A stretch of DNA of 64,000 nucleotides from NCBI GenBank assembly GCA_944331895.1, contig CALVIX010000001.1, forward strand, positions 105,545 to 169,544, read 5' to 3'. Both the position numbers and the translations under genes were made by a program. The notes under the pieces are model-generated. The model made no database searches. It worked only from the letters and a program-made list of their open reading frames with translations, and had not been told where the DNA came from. Each line of letters begins with the position of its first letter. Positions within the stretch are counted from its first letter, which is position 1. This document shows positions 9,220 to 19,716 of the stretch, one piece after another. The DNA is from an uncultured Bacilli bacterium. GTDB taxonomy: Bacteria; Bacillota_I; Bacilli_A; RF39; UBA660.

Positions 9220-9258
9220 ATACCCCCTCAGGGTATTTGAAAAGAAGGGGGTATATGA
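9220..9258 (-). promoter_or_regulatory. CsoR operator and promoter of the csoR-copA-copZ operon
   Basis: The G/C-tract pseudo-palindrome ATACCCtgaGGGGGTAT (9220..9236) matches the known CsoR box form ATACCC-N-GGGGTAT. An extra half-site GGGGGTATATAAT overlaps a TATAAT -10 element about 30 nt upstream of the csoR ATG. Confidence 0.6.
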
Positions 9259-9287
9259 AAATAACCATTATAAAAAAAGTGTTCTTC

Positions 9288-10049
9288 TCACTGAACGCTT
9301 TTATCAATTACTAAAGTATTTATAAACTCTCTAATTACATCATCTGTAAAGTAATCCAACCTTATAAATGAAAATACATATCGTTTTCCACCTTCTAAGA
9401 TGTTCACTTCTTTCATATCGCCATTATTCAAAATATAACCTTCTAAATCCCCCTCTAATACAGTTACAGAATCAACTGATGGTAACATAATATAGGATAA
9501 TAATTGTACATAATGATCTTCTTTGATTGTCTTTACAGGTGTAAACAAATCATGTTTGTCATTTTGATGTTCAATCAAATAATCGAAGAAATCAACATCG
9601 TTTTTTAGACCTTTTCTTTTGGTAAAATCATCCGATTCAACCGCATCAAGCTCATCTTTTCCCATGACAAACGTACCATCGTCTTTCCCAACATGATCGA
9701 GAAACGGCTCTGTAATTGATACAGTAAAATATGCTTGATAATTACCACTACTATCGAGTAATTTATAACTAACATAATCATCTTCTTCTGTTTTTTCAAA
9801 TCCTTCTACTACGTTTTGGAATTGAACATTTTTGTACGTAAGCATTCCTTCTGACAATGCTTCACTGTGTTTTACTTCTAATGTATCTCTTTTTTCGTAT
9901 CCTGATAATAGATTTTGATACTCCTGCTTTGAATCATCCGGCAATTGATGAAAAGAAAGTAAAAAAGACTTATATCCGAAATAGATACCGACAATCGCCA
10001 ATATTCCGATGATCACTGCAATCGTTATAACTAACTTCTTCTTTTTCAT
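9288..10049 (-). CDS. Membrane-anchored hypothetical protein (N-terminal TM plus roughly 220-aa acidic extracytoplasmic domain)
   Basis: MKKKKLVITIAVIIGILAIVGIYFGY is an N-terminal TM. The RBS is AGGAGGAG. No recognisable catalytic motif was found. Confidence 0.5.
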   Translation of the reverse strand: MKKKKLVITIAVIIGILAIVGIYFGYKSFLLSFHQLPDDSKQEYQNLLSGYEKRDTLEVKHSEALSEGMLTYKNVQFQNVVEGFEKTEEDDYVSYKLLDSSGNYQAYFTVSITEPFLDHVGKDDGTFVMGKDELDAVESDDFTKRKGLKNDVDFFDYLIEHQNDKHDLFTPVKTIKEDHYVQLLSYIMLPSVDSVTVLEGDLEGYILNNGDMKEVNILEGGKRYVFSFIRLDYFTDDVIREFINTLVIDKSVQ

Positions 10050-10102
10050 ATTCTCCTCCTACTATAAGAATACACGATTCACACTTATTTGTCCACGAAA
10101 AA

Positions 10103-10127
10103 ATAGACAAGTATGAAACTTGTCTAT
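10103..10127 (-). terminator. Rho-independent terminator downstream of serS
   Basis: A 10-bp stem ATAGACAAGT/ACTTGTCTAT has loop ATGAA (as read on the plus strand), then TTTTTTCG on the minus strand. It is flanked by A/T runs, so it reads as a terminator in both directions. Confidence 0.7.
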
Positions 10128-10133
10128 TTTGAT

Positions 10134-11420
10134 TTATTTTTTCACTTCGATTTTTGTCTTTCCACCCATATATGGTTGTAAAACTTTTGGAATATTGACG
10201 CTTCCATCTTCGTTCAAATGATTTTCTAAAATAGAAATCAACATTCTAGGTGGTGCGACAACTGTATTGTTTAACGTATGAGCATAGTATTTCTCTTTTC
10301 CATTCTTAATGCGAATTCCTAATCTTCTTGCTTGTGCATCCGTTAAATTAGAGCAACTTCCAACTTCAAAGTATTTTTTCTGTCTTGGACTCCATGCCTC
10401 TACATCGATACTCTTATATTTCAAATCAGCAAGATCTCCACTACAGCATTCTAAAGCACGTACTGGAATTTCCATACTACGGAATAACTCGACAGTATAA
10501 TGCCACATTTTATCGAACCATTCGTCACTATCTTTTGGATCACATACGACGATCATCTCTTGTTTTTCAAATTGATGAATACGGTAAATTCCTCGCTCTT
10601 CAATTCCATGTGCCCCCTTTTCTTTTCTGAAACATGGTGAATAACTTGTCATCGTATATGGAATTTCACTTGCATCTAAAATTTGTCCTTTGAATTTTCC
10701 AATCATAGAATGCTCACTTGTTCCGATCAAATAGAGATCTTCTCCCTCGATCTTATACATCATCGCATCCATTTCTTCAAAACTCATAACTCCATCTACG
10801 ACATCTCCGCGAATCATGTAAGGTGGAATACAGTACGTAAATCCTTTGTCGATCATAAAATCTCTCGCATATGTTAAAACAGCTGAATGTAATCGAGCAA
10901 TATCACCAAGTAAATAATAAAATCCATTTCCAGCAACTCTTCTTGCGCTATCTAAATCGATTCCACCTAACTTTTCGATGATATCTAAATGATATGGAAC
11001 TTCGTAATCGAATGCTGTTTTTTCACCGAAACATTCTAGTTCTACATTTTCACTATCATCTTTCCCAATTGGAACTGAATCTGCAATGATATTAGGAATC
11101 ATCATCATTTTTTCTTTGATTGTCGCTTGTAATTTCTCTTCTTTTTCAGTAAGTTCTTCAATCTCCTTACCCATGGTTGCAATTTCTTCTTTTACTTTTT
11201 CTGCTTCTTCCTTTTTTCCATCGCGCATCAAAGCACCAATCTCACTACTCTTAGTATTTTTTAAACCACGTAATTGATCTCCTTTTGCTTTTACTTCACG
11301 ATATTCTTTATCCAAAGCTTCTACTTCATCTACAAGCGGAAGTTTGTGATCTTGAAACTTCTTCTTAATATTTTCCTTTACTTTTTCCTTATTTTCTCTA
11401 ATTAAATTGATATCTATCAT
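10134..11420 (-). CDS. serS: Seryl-tRNA synthetase
   Basis: There is an N-terminal coiled-coil arm. Class II motifs are present: motif 2 FRKEKG and motif 3 GSCSNLTDAQARRLGIR. The likely start is MIDINLIRENKEK, the ATG at 11420 with RBS GGGAGGA. The six-frame start at 11444 adds 8 residues. Confidence 0.9.
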   Translation of the reverse strand: MIDINLIRENKEKVKENIKKKFQDHKLPLVDEVEALDKEYREVKAKGDQLRGLKNTKSSEIGALMRDGKKEEAEKVKEEIATMGKEIEELTEKEEKLQATIKEKMMMIPNIIADSVPIGKDDSENVELECFGEKTAFDYEVPYHLDIIEKLGGIDLDSARRVAGNGFYYLLGDIARLHSAVLTYARDFMIDKGFTYCIPPYMIRGDVVDGVMSFEEMDAMMYKIEGEDLYLIGTSEHSMIGKFKGQILDASEIPYTMTSYSPCFRKEKGAHGIEERGIYRIHQFEKQEMIVVCDPKDSDEWFDKMWHYTVELFRSMEIPVRALECCSGDLADLKYKSIDVEAWSPRQKKYFEVGSCSNLTDAQARRLGIRIKNGKEKYYAHTLNNTVVAPPRMLISILENHLNEDGSVNIPKVLQPYMGGKTKIEVKK

Positions 11421-11460
11421 ATCTATCCTCCCATTTCTTTCCATAGTATCTCCAGATCAT

Positions 11461-11700
11461 AAAAAACAAAAAAGTAACCACATATAGGAGCGATAAAATC
11501 GCGGTACCATCCTACTTGGTTACTTCATTTTAGATAACGGCATAACACCGGAAATGTTTGCATTTCACTCTGGAGTAGATTCGTAAATTTCCACGGTTCG
11601 TTTTCATCAACCACGAACTTTCTCTCACGCTTCCATTTACTACTATGTTCCTTCATCGATTTCTTATCTTATTTTATCATCTTAAAATTCATAAGTCAAT
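11461..11700 (-). promoter_or_regulatory. T-box riboswitch leader of serS, with its promoter
   Basis: Minus-strand promoter: TTGACT (11694..11699), 17-bp spacer, TAAAAT (11671..11676). A leader of about 200 nt contains the T-box consensus AGGATGGTACCGCG (plus-strand 11500..11513). That motif sits in the loop of a long terminator helix, AAGTAACCAAGTAGGA...TCCTATATGTGGTTACTT, followed by UUUUUUGUUUUUU. The leader contains UCU and UCC (Ser) triplets. Confidence 0.7.
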
Positions 11701-11770
11701 TATATAATCCTGAATCACCAGGAAATAATCAACGACGATTCCAAATTTTCAATATAAATTATGAACTGTA

Positions 11771-12634
11771 TTATTTTTCTTCCGGTTCCATATGTATATT
11801 AAAATATTGAATATCCGGATACTTCTTTCGGATCTGATCCTCTAATTGATCGATAATTTTATGTGCGTAGATAAGAGTAAGACCTCCATCCATATGAATA
11901 ACTAAATCAAGACAATAATAAGAACCATATTTAATAAGATAAATAGATTCTATATGATAAATTTCCTCGTAGGATTGCGCTAATGCCTCGATTTCATTTT
12001 GCACTTTACGATCCATTTCTCGCTCTCCTAATACCGCACTCAAGTTTTCCTTTAATACACCAAATCCTACGTGAACAATTAAAATGCCAACAACAATCAT
12101 CGCAACAAGATCCGCATACTTCAATATTGGAATCTCATTTGTAAATTGCATACAAGATGAAGAAAGTAAAACAACAAAAGAACTGATAACATCTGTTCTA
12201 CTTTCCTTTCCACTTGCCGTTAAAACATTACTATGGTATTCGTTTCCTTTACGAATCAAATAAGTAGATAAACAAAGTTTTGCTACGATACTAATAAAGC
12301 TAACGAAAATGACAAATACACTAGGAATTGTAATCTCGCGCGAAAATGCTCCATAAATGACAGAAAACCCAACGCCCAAGATCATAATTCCTATCACTAG
12401 ACTTGTCATATATTCTAATCTACCGTGTCCATATGGATGCTCTTTATCGGCAGGCTTTGCCGCCATTTTACTACCTAAAATTGCACAAAAGTCAGTTACT
12501 AAATCACTAAAGGAATGAATTCCATCCGCGATGAGTGCTCCCGAAGATCCTAACCATCCAGCTAATATCTTTCCTATTGCAAGTACGACATTCACTAGAA
12601 TACTCATACGCATAACATGTATAATCTTCTTCAT
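11771..12634 (-). CDS. Cation diffusion facilitator family transporter (CzcD/ZitB-like)
   Basis: MRMSILVNVVLAIGKILAGWLGSSGALIADGIHSFSDLVTD is the CDF signature. Six TMs are followed by a C-terminal cytoplasmic domain. Confidence 0.85.
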   Translation of the reverse strand: MKKIIHVMRMSILVNVVLAIGKILAGWLGSSGALIADGIHSFSDLVTDFCAILGSKMAAKPADKEHPYGHGRLEYMTSLVIGIMILGVGFSVIYGAFSREITIPSVFVIFVSFISIVAKLCLSTYLIRKGNEYHSNVLTASGKESRTDVISSFVVLLSSSCMQFTNEIPILKYADLVAMIVVGILIVHVGFGVLKENLSAVLGEREMDRKVQNEIEALAQSYEEIYHIESIYLIKYGSYYCLDLVIHMDGGLTLIYAHKIIDQLEDQIRKKYPDIQYFNIHMEPEEK

Positions 12635-12670
12635 ATTTTCCCTCTTTACATATATATTTTATGTATCTTT

Positions 12671-15268
12671 TTATTTTGCTTGATACCAATTTTCTCCTGA
12701 CTCCATCTCGACTTTTAATGGAACTTTCAATTCACACGTATGTTCCATAATATCTTTGATCGCTTTTTCCACAACTTTGACCTCATCTTTTGGACAATCG
12801 AATAAAAGTTCATCGTGCACTTGTAAAATCATCTTACAACGCAAATGTTTTTCTTCCAAATACTTATGAATTTCAATCATAGCTTTCTTAATAATATCTG
12901 CACTTGTTCCTTGAATTGGCGTATTAAGAGCAATTCTCTCCCCTTGTTGCCTTATCATATAATTTTTATTATTCAATTCGGGAATATTTCTTTTCCTGTG
13001 GAAAAGTGTCCGTACATAACCATCTTTGTGAGCAAGCGCGATAGATTCTTTCATATATAGATCAATTCCAGGATAAGTCTCTAAATAATGATCGATAAAT
13101 TGTTTAGCTTCACTTACACTGATCTGTAAATTTTCAGAGAGCCCAAAACTACTGATTCCATAGATAATTCCGAAGTTAACTGCTTTTGCTATTCGTCGCA
13201 TTTCCTTTGTTACATGAGAAGGGTCTACATGAAAAATATCACTCGCTGTCTTCGTATGAATATCCATATCATTCTGAAATGCCTCAATAAGTGCATCGAC
13301 ATTCGCCATATGTGCCATAATACGAAGTTCAATTTGTGAGTAGTCTCCCCCTAAGATAATACTATCTTTACTTGGAACAAATGCCTTACGAATCAATCTG
13401 CCATATTCGTAGCGAATTGGAATATTTTGTAAGTTCGGTTCGATCGAAGAGAGACGACCTGTTCTCGTTAAAGTCTGTGTATAGATCGTATGAATTTTAC
13501 CATCTTCGTGCACAGTATTTAATAATCCTTCGATATAAGTACTATATAATTTTGTAAGCATCCGATATTCAATAATACGATTGATGATTGGATGATCGTC
13601 TACAAGTTTATTTAAAACATCGATACTCGTCGAGTATCCTCGCGCTGTTTTCTTTCCGTGAGGAAGTTTCAATTTTTCAAACAATATATTTCCTAACTCT
13701 TTCGGAGAAGCAATATTAAATTCGCATCCAGCATCGTTATAAATATCATGCTCGATAAGTTCTATTTTTAACTTGATTTCTTCTCCCATTTCTTTTAAAC
13801 ACTCCTGGTCTAAACACACACCAGTATGTTCCATATCTGCTAAAACTCGTGTAAGAGGCATCTCGATCTCTTCAAATAGAGAAAGTAATTCTTCATTTTT
13901 TAATTTGTTGCAGAAAATATTTTTTGTTTCATAAATAAATTTTGCTTTCGTAATTGCATGATACGCGATGATATCCTCTTTTGGTTCCACAAGTTTATTA
14001 GATTTTCCATAGATATTTTCATAAAAAGGAATATCCGCATCAAAGGTATTTGCCAAATAGGCAATATCATCCTTCACATTATAATCGAGTAGATACCCAG
14101 CAATCATAGCATCAAAAGAAATTGGTCCGATTGGAATATTTTCATATGCGAGTGCAACAAGCACTTTTTTAGCATCGTACGTAGAAAGTGGTACTTTCGT
14201 TAAAAAACTAGGATGTTCTTTTAGTAAAGAAAATGGAATATAAACACTACTATGGTCATTATAAGCTGCAAGTCCTAGTATTTTCGCAGTATGATAATTA
14301 CTTCCTAATACTTCTAGATAAATAGCAGTTTCCTCGTTGATGTGAATTTCGTTTAAAGAACGTGCAATCTGAATCTCTAATGGTTTTTTCTCCATTTCTT
14401 TCTCTGGTTGCTTTTCTTTTTTTAAGAAAGAAAAGAATTCTAGATCTTCATATAAATCCGTCAATTTCTTATGATCTTTTGGCTTTATTCTAACGTCTTC
14501 CATCGTAATTTCAACTGGTACATCTCTTACAATTGTGGCAAGATCATAACTCATGTAAGCTTTTTCTTTATCCTCGATTAACTTCTCCTTCATCTTTCCT
14601 TTGATCTCGTCGATATGATCGTATAAATTATCGAGCGTATGATACTGCTGAAGCAATTTTAACGCTGTCTTTTCACCAATCCCACGTACTCCTGGTATAT
14701 TATCAGAAGCGTCTCCCTGTAGTGCTTTCAAATCGACGATTGCTTTCGGTTCAATTCCATATGCCTCGCGGAATGTATCTTCATTATATCGAATGTAATC
14801 TTTCTGCTTTAAAAGTTTAATGTCGACATCTGAACTAATCAATTGTAATAAATCCTTGTCACTACTAATAATCGTTCCGATAAAATCTGGATCGTCATCA
14901 CAAAACTTTGCAAACGTTCCAATAATATCATCTGCTTCGTATTGATCAATTTCATAGTATTTAATTCCCATGTAAGTAAGTAGTTCTTTTGCAACAGGAA
15001 ATTGTTTTTTTAACTCATCTGGCGTTTCTTGTCTACCACCCTTATATTCTGTATATTTTTCGTGACGAAATGTTTTCCCTTTATCAAACGCAACGATCAT
15101 GTATTCAGGTTTTTCTTCTAACACGATTTTATTGATCATATTAGTAAACCCAAAAAGAGCATTCGTTGGAAATCCTTTACTATTTTTCATAAAATTTCCA
15201 TTATATGCAGTCGCATAGTAACTTCGAAATAATAAATTATTTCCATCCACCAAAATTATCTTATTCAT
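12671..15268 (-). CDS. polA: DNA polymerase I
   Basis: The N-terminal 5'-3' exonuclease is MNKIILVDGNNLLFRSYYA. The C-terminal pol domain has motif A DYSQIELR, motif B RRIAKAVNFGIIYG and motif C LQVHDEL. Length is 865 aa. Confidence 0.95.
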   Translation of the reverse strand: MNKIILVDGNNLLFRSYYATAYNGNFMKNSKGFPTNALFGFTNMINKIVLEEKPEYMIVAFDKGKTFRHEKYTEYKGGRQETPDELKKQFPVAKELLTYMGIKYYEIDQYEADDIIGTFAKFCDDDPDFIGTIISSDKDLLQLISSDVDIKLLKQKDYIRYNEDTFREAYGIEPKAIVDLKALQGDASDNIPGVRGIGEKTALKLLQQYHTLDNLYDHIDEIKGKMKEKLIEDKEKAYMSYDLATIVRDVPVEITMEDVRIKPKDHKKLTDLYEDLEFFSFLKKEKQPEKEMEKKPLEIQIARSLNEIHINEETAIYLEVLGSNYHTAKILGLAAYNDHSSVYIPFSLLKEHPSFLTKVPLSTYDAKKVLVALAYENIPIGPISFDAMIAGYLLDYNVKDDIAYLANTFDADIPFYENIYGKSNKLVEPKEDIIAYHAITKAKFIYETKNIFCNKLKNEELLSLFEEIEMPLTRVLADMEHTGVCLDQECLKEMGEEIKLKIELIEHDIYNDAGCEFNIASPKELGNILFEKLKLPHGKKTARGYSTSIDVLNKLVDDHPIINRIIEYRMLTKLYSTYIEGLLNTVHEDGKIHTIYTQTLTRTGRLSSIEPNLQNIPIRYEYGRLIRKAFVPSKDSIILGGDYSQIELRIMAHMANVDALIEAFQNDMDIHTKTASDIFHVDPSHVTKEMRRIAKAVNFGIIYGISSFGLSENLQISVSEAKQFIDHYLETYPGIDLYMKESIALAHKDGYVRTLFHRKRNIPELNNKNYMIRQQGERIALNTPIQGTSADIIKKAMIEIHKYLEEKHLRCKMILQVHDELLFDCPKDEVKVVEKAIKDIMEHTCELKVPLKVEMESGENWYQAK

Positions 15269-15334
15269 TCTACCACTCTTTTCTAACTTCTATTATAACA
15301 TGTATTAAACTAATTTTAGAAAAAATCAAAAAAT

Positions 15335-15360
15335 AAAGTTGCTTTATTTCAAGCAACTTT
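15335..15360 (-). terminator. Terminator hairpin after the 158-aa gene
   Basis: AAAGTTGCT...AGCAACTTT is a 9-bp stem, followed by ATTTTTTGATTTTTT on the minus strand. Confidence 0.5.
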
Positions 15361-15414
15361 TGATTTTAACACTTTAATAAATATATGTTTGATATCATCT
15401 TTTTTCCATATCTC

Positions 15415-15891
15415 TTATAAATATTTTTTCAATTCCTCAATCGCTTTTTCTTGAAACTTTAAAAATTTCTTAGCAAGTTTCATATCATCTTTTTCCACAC
15501 GATCTTTATAATTTTTTACTTGTTTTTCCATCTCAATAGATCCCATAGAAATTCCTTGTATCAACATTTCAGCCATTGCAGCATCACTGTTATCCCCTTT
15601 CACTTCTTTTTGGATTCCCATTGATGCCATCAGCTTTGAAATCGCATTCTCTTCCATCGGTTCGATGTTCTCTTTTAAAAGCAATTCCTTACTTTGATCT
15701 TCGTAATCTCGATAGTCTTCCAATAATTCTTCCAAATATCCTTTTATCTTATTATCTTTTTCTTTCAGTGCCTCGATTAACTTCATAATAGAAAATCTAC
15801 CCATGGCTGCTGTTTTATATACCTCTTCTAATAATTCATTTGTTTCGTTCATAATATTCCCTCCAATGTTAGAATTACCCATTTTTATCAA
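15415..15891 (-). CDS. Hypothetical acidic helical protein
   Basis: It is 158 aa, E/K-rich and predicted all-helical. It is co-oriented with the upstream ABC transporter and starts 32 nt downstream of it. I recognised no motif. Confidence 0.4.
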   Translation of the reverse strand: MIKMGNSNIGGNIMNETNELLEEVYKTAAMGRFSIMKLIEALKEKDNKIKGYLEELLEDYRDYEDQSKELLLKENIEPMEENAISKLMASMGIQKEVKGDNSDAAMAEMLIQGISMGSIEMEKQVKNYKDRVEKDDMKLAKKFLKFQEKAIEELKKYL

Positions 15892-15922
15892 TTTTATACA
15901 AACAAAAAAGGAACTAAGTTCC

Positions 15923-18469
15923 TTATTCTGTACGAAGTGCCTCTACTGGATCTTTTTTACTTGCAATGCGAGATGGAATCAATCCTGCAATTACCGTTAA
16001 GAAAATACTAATAAGTACGAGAATAACACCACCAGTGAAAGGTAATTTTGCGATTGTTCCAATACCAGTTAAAGAATGAATCACCATGTTAATTGGAATA
16101 TTTAAAAGTATAGTAATTAAAATTCCTAACACTCCTGCTGTAAGTCCAACGATCAAAGTCTCAGCATTAAACACTCTCGAAATATCTTTTTTAGAAGCTC
16201 CAATACTTCTTAAAATACCAATTTCCTTTGTCCTTTCTAAAACAGAAATATAAGTAATAATTCCAATCATGATCGAAGATACGACAAGGGAAATACTAAC
16301 AAAGCTAATTAAAACATAACTAATAATATCGATGATATTAGATACTCCACTCATCATAAGTTCAATGACATCTGTATAACTAATTTTATCTGTGTCGTCT
16401 GCCTGTTGATTATATTTCTCGATAAAATCACTTAAAGCCTCTTTAGAATCAAAATCTTTCGCATATATTTGCATCATACTTGGATGCTCTAAATCTACTA
16501 TACCAAGCTTTTCTAGATTAGATTCGTACGTTGCGCTGGCATTTTCCTGATAATTTTTCAAAAGTTGTGCAAGTTCCTCCTGTGAAAGCGTTGCTAAATA
16601 TGCTTTCTCTTGCGCACTTAATTGATTCATATTAAATTCCTCTTCAGAAAATTCCTGATTCGTAAATACATTGATATTTTCTTTTTCTTTTTGTTCCTTC
16701 GCAATATCTGAATGATTGATCTGGTTTACAACATATTCCGTTAATTCTTTTGTATACTCAACTCCTCCAAAAGAATTACTTGTAATCGTCTCTTCCTTCG
16801 GTCGAATAATTCCAACGACTTTCAATTCCAAAGCTTGATCTAATTTCTCTTTCATATATGCTTCATCATCACTATGGTCTACCCATATCCCATTTTCTTT
16901 TTGATAATAATCTGTATTTAAAAGAACTTTGAAACTTACATTTAATAACTCATCATAAGTGTATGTTAACTCTTCTAGTTCTTCTACTTTTTCTCCTTTC
17001 ATGAGTCTTTTATATTTATCGACAAACTCATCGCTGTCTAAAAGACCAATTGAATATAAAGTATAATCACTAATATAATTATCTTTATTGACAACTAGGA
17101 TAACCTCATTATAATTCGTAGGTAACTTCCCTGCTAAAATTTCGTATTGTTCTTTCATAAGTTGTTCATTGTCAAGCATTTCAGTAAACGCTTGATAACT
17201 AGAACCAGATGAGAACATCTCCGACATGGAATTCATTTGATCTAATCCCATTTTTTGCACGATTTGATCCGGACTCACTTGTCGATATCCATCTTCTACA
17301 GGTTTATAAATATTTAAATCAAAATTATAAGAATATTGAATTCCATTGACATACTGATCTACTTCTTTTTTATGCTTCTCTAAATATTGATTAAATTCGT
17401 GTAAATTGTTCGTCTTAGTTCCAGCACTCATGATAGAAATCATATCGCTCGTAATATTCTGAGAATGAATTTTTCCATCATCATGTTTGACCTTCTTTTT
17501 GACGGAATCTTGTGCAGCACTTAGCAAATCTCCTGTACTCATCGTCGTTTCCTGAAGTGTGATCGGATAACTAGATAGCGTGTCTTCTTCTACGCGATTG
17601 ATATAGTTCTGCATCCCACTAGACAACGATAAAATAAGAGCAATTCCAATAATTCCAATCGAACCAGCAAATGCCGTTAACATCGTTCTTCCTTTTTTCG
17701 TAAGTAAATTATTGAGGCTTAAAGAAAGGGCGGTCATAAAAGACATACTCGTCTTTCCCATCTTATTCTTTCTCGTACTTTCGCTTTTTTCATATGGATT
17801 GCTATCATCCGTTACCTTTCCATCTAAAAGCTTTATAATTCTCGTAGAATAAGACTCGGCAAGGTCTGGATTATGCGTTACCATAATGACCAGTTTTTTC
17901 TTCGAAATTTCCTTCAAAAGTTCCATGATTTGAACACTTGTCTTCGTATCTAATGCTCCTGTTGGCTCATCGGCAAGAAGAATGTCTGGATCACTTACAA
18001 GAGCACGCGCAATCGCAACTCTCTGCATCTGCCCACCACTCATCTGATTTGGCTTCTTATAAAGTTGATCTTCCAGTCCAACATCTTTCAAAGCTTGTAT
18101 CGCTCTTTTTCTTCTTTCCTGTTTTGAAACTCCTGCAAGTGTTAACGCAAGTTCCACATTAGAAAGTACAGTTTGATGTGGAATCAAATTATAATTTTGA
18201 AAGACGAATCCGACACTATGATTTCGATAAGTATCCCAATCTTTATCTTTAAAGTTTTTCGTAGATTTTCCATTGATCAATAAATCTCCACTCGTATAAT
18301 CATCTAATCCACCAATAATATTAAGTAAAGTGGTCTTCCCACATCCGCTTGGTCCTAAAATACTAACAAACTCTGATTCTCGAAATTTAATATCTATTCC
18401 TTTTAATGCATTTACTGGATTTGTCGTACCTGCAAGATATTGCTTTTTTATATTTTTTAATTCTAGCAT
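15923..18469 (-). CDS. Fused ABC transporter (N-terminal ATP-binding domain plus MacB/FtsX-type permease with a large extracytoplasmic domain)
   Basis: Walker A is GPSGCGKTT, the ABC signature is [15 protein letters not shown], and Walker B is [14 protein letters not shown] follows, then a roughly 430-aa periplasmic-type domain and C-terminal FtsX 4-TM helices ([23 protein letters not shown]). Confidence 0.85.
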   Translation of the reverse strand: MLELKNIKKQYLAGTTNPVNALKGIDIKFRESEFVSILGPSGCGKTTLLNIIGGLDDYTSGDLLINGKSTKNFKDKDWDTYRNHSVGFVFQNYNLIPHQTVLSNVELALTLAGVSKQERRKRAIQALKDVGLEDQLYKKPNQMSGGQMQRVAIARALVSDPDILLADEPTGALDTKTSVQIMELLKEISKKKLVIMVTHNPDLAESYSTRIIKLLDGKVTDDSNPYEKSESTRKNKMGKTSMSFMTALSLSLNNLLTKKGRTMLTAFAGSIGIIGIALILSLSSGMQNYINRVEEDTLSSYPITLQETTMSTGDLLSAAQDSVKKKVKHDDGKIHSQNITSDMISIMSAGTKTNNLHEFNQYLEKHKKEVDQYVNGIQYSYNFDLNIYKPVEDGYRQVSPDQIVQKMGLDQMNSMSEMFSSGSSYQAFTEMLDNEQLMKEQYEILAGKLPTNYNEVILVVNKDNYISDYTLYSIGLLDSDEFVDKYKRLMKGEKVEELEELTYTYDELLNVSFKVLLNTDYYQKENGIWVDHSDDEAYMKEKLDQALELKVVGIIRPKEETITSNSFGGVEYTKELTEYVVNQINHSDIAKEQKEKENINVFTNQEFSEEEFNMNQLSAQEKAYLATLSQEELAQLLKNYQENASATYESNLEKLGIVDLEHPSMMQIYAKDFDSKEALSDFIEKYNQQADDTDKISYTDVIELMMSGVSNIIDIISYVLISFVSISLVVSSIMIGIITYISVLERTKEIGILRSIGASKKDISRVFNAETLIVGLTAGVLGILITILLNIPINMVIHSLTGIGTIAKLPFTGGVILVLISIFLTVIAGLIPSRIASKKDPVEALRTE

Positions 18470-18643
18470 CGTATTCCCCCTATACTTGGTTACAATCCTT
18501 ATACCTATTTTATTATAATATACTCAAAAATTTTTTTCAATTTATATTCCATTATATATCATATCAAGTTCATGTGCGATATACAATCAAATGAAGAAAA
18601 ACACATAACTTCACATATTACAAAAAAGTAGATCTAATGTGAC

Positions 18644-19639
18644 CTACTGATTTTCTTCTACTTCATTTGTTTGATCCAAAATATTTTGATATTCCTGACA
18701 TACTTTATCTAAAGCTTCTATCATCAGATCGACCTCGTCAAACGTTTTCACCTTCACTCCGCTTGCATAGGCATGTCCACCACCACCGAATTGAGCGACC
18801 GTTTCATTGATAACTGGTCCCCTCGAACGAATAGACCCACGTATCAAACTATTATTTTTATCATAGGTAAAGAATCCCCATGCGATTACTTCCTCGATAA
18901 AATTAAAATTGTTAATTAAATTTCCCGCAGTCGCAACATCAACTTGATACTCTTCTAAAATATCGGCAGTGATTTTAATAGAAGCAAATCCATTTTCACT
19001 TACTGTCATATGATTTGCGATATATCCTTGAAACTTAATTTCTCTTAAAGGTCTTGTATATAAAGGAGGATATAACGTTGTAATATCTAATCCTGTCTTA
19101 TCGATCAAATCAGCGACTAAGCGAAATGTCTTTGGAGTCGTATACTTAAACAGAAAACGATCTGTATCAGAAACCAATCCTAAATATAACTTCTCTGCAA
19201 CAGATAACGTCAATTTCAATTTCGTCTGAAAAATAAGTTCCATAATCATCTGTGCACAACTGCTCGCCGTATCGTCAATCCATTCGATATCACAGAAACT
19301 TTCGATAAACGGATGGTGATCGATTTTAATCGTATATGCAAATTTTTCAGCAAGTGCTCCATCGACTCTTTTTTGATCAGGAGTATCGACAATAATCAAT
19401 AGAGATTCTGATATGATCTCATCATCCAATCGATCCAAAGATCCAATATATCGAAATTTACTCGCCGGATATCCAACCGCATAAACTTTCTTTTTTGGAA
19501 ATGTCTCACGAATCGCATCGCGCAATCCCATTTGACTACCTAACGCATCTGGATCAGGTCCTACATGACGAGCAATCACAATCGAATTATATTGTTTAAT
19601 TTTTTTATATATTTTCTGATAAATGGACGTTTCAAACAT
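18644..19639 (-). CDS. nrnA: DHH/DHHA1 phosphoesterase (NrnA-type nanoRNase/pAp phosphatase)
   Basis: DHH motif region: IARHVGPDPDALGS and IKIDHH. DHHA1 region: GGGGHAYASG. Confidence 0.8.
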   Translation of the reverse strand: MFETSIYQKIYKKIKQYNSIVIARHVGPDPDALGSQMGLRDAIRETFPKKKVYAVGYPASKFRYIGSLDRLDDEIISESLLIIVDTPDQKRVDGALAEKFAYTIKIDHHPFIESFCDIEWIDDTASSCAQMIMELIFQTKLKLTLSVAEKLYLGLVSDTDRFLFKYTTPKTFRLVADLIDKTGLDITTLYPPLYTRPLREIKFQGYIANHMTVSENGFASIKITADILEEYQVDVATAGNLINNFNFIEEVIAWGFFTYDKNNSLIRGSIRSRGPVINETVAQFGGGGHAYASGVKVKTFDEVDLMIEALDKVCQEYQNILDQTNEVEENQ

Positions 19640-19716
19640 AATTTCACTCTTCTCTATATCTCATTTTAAATGATATTATTTTTAGTGTCAAGAAAAGACT
19701 TGTATGGAACAAGCCT

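Noticed and set aside
8918-9307. Long 129-aa version of csoR starting at 9307
   Set aside because: The upstream 36 codons run through the operator and promoter. The ATG at 9199 has a GGTGAG RBS and yields the canonical roughly 93-aa CsoR.
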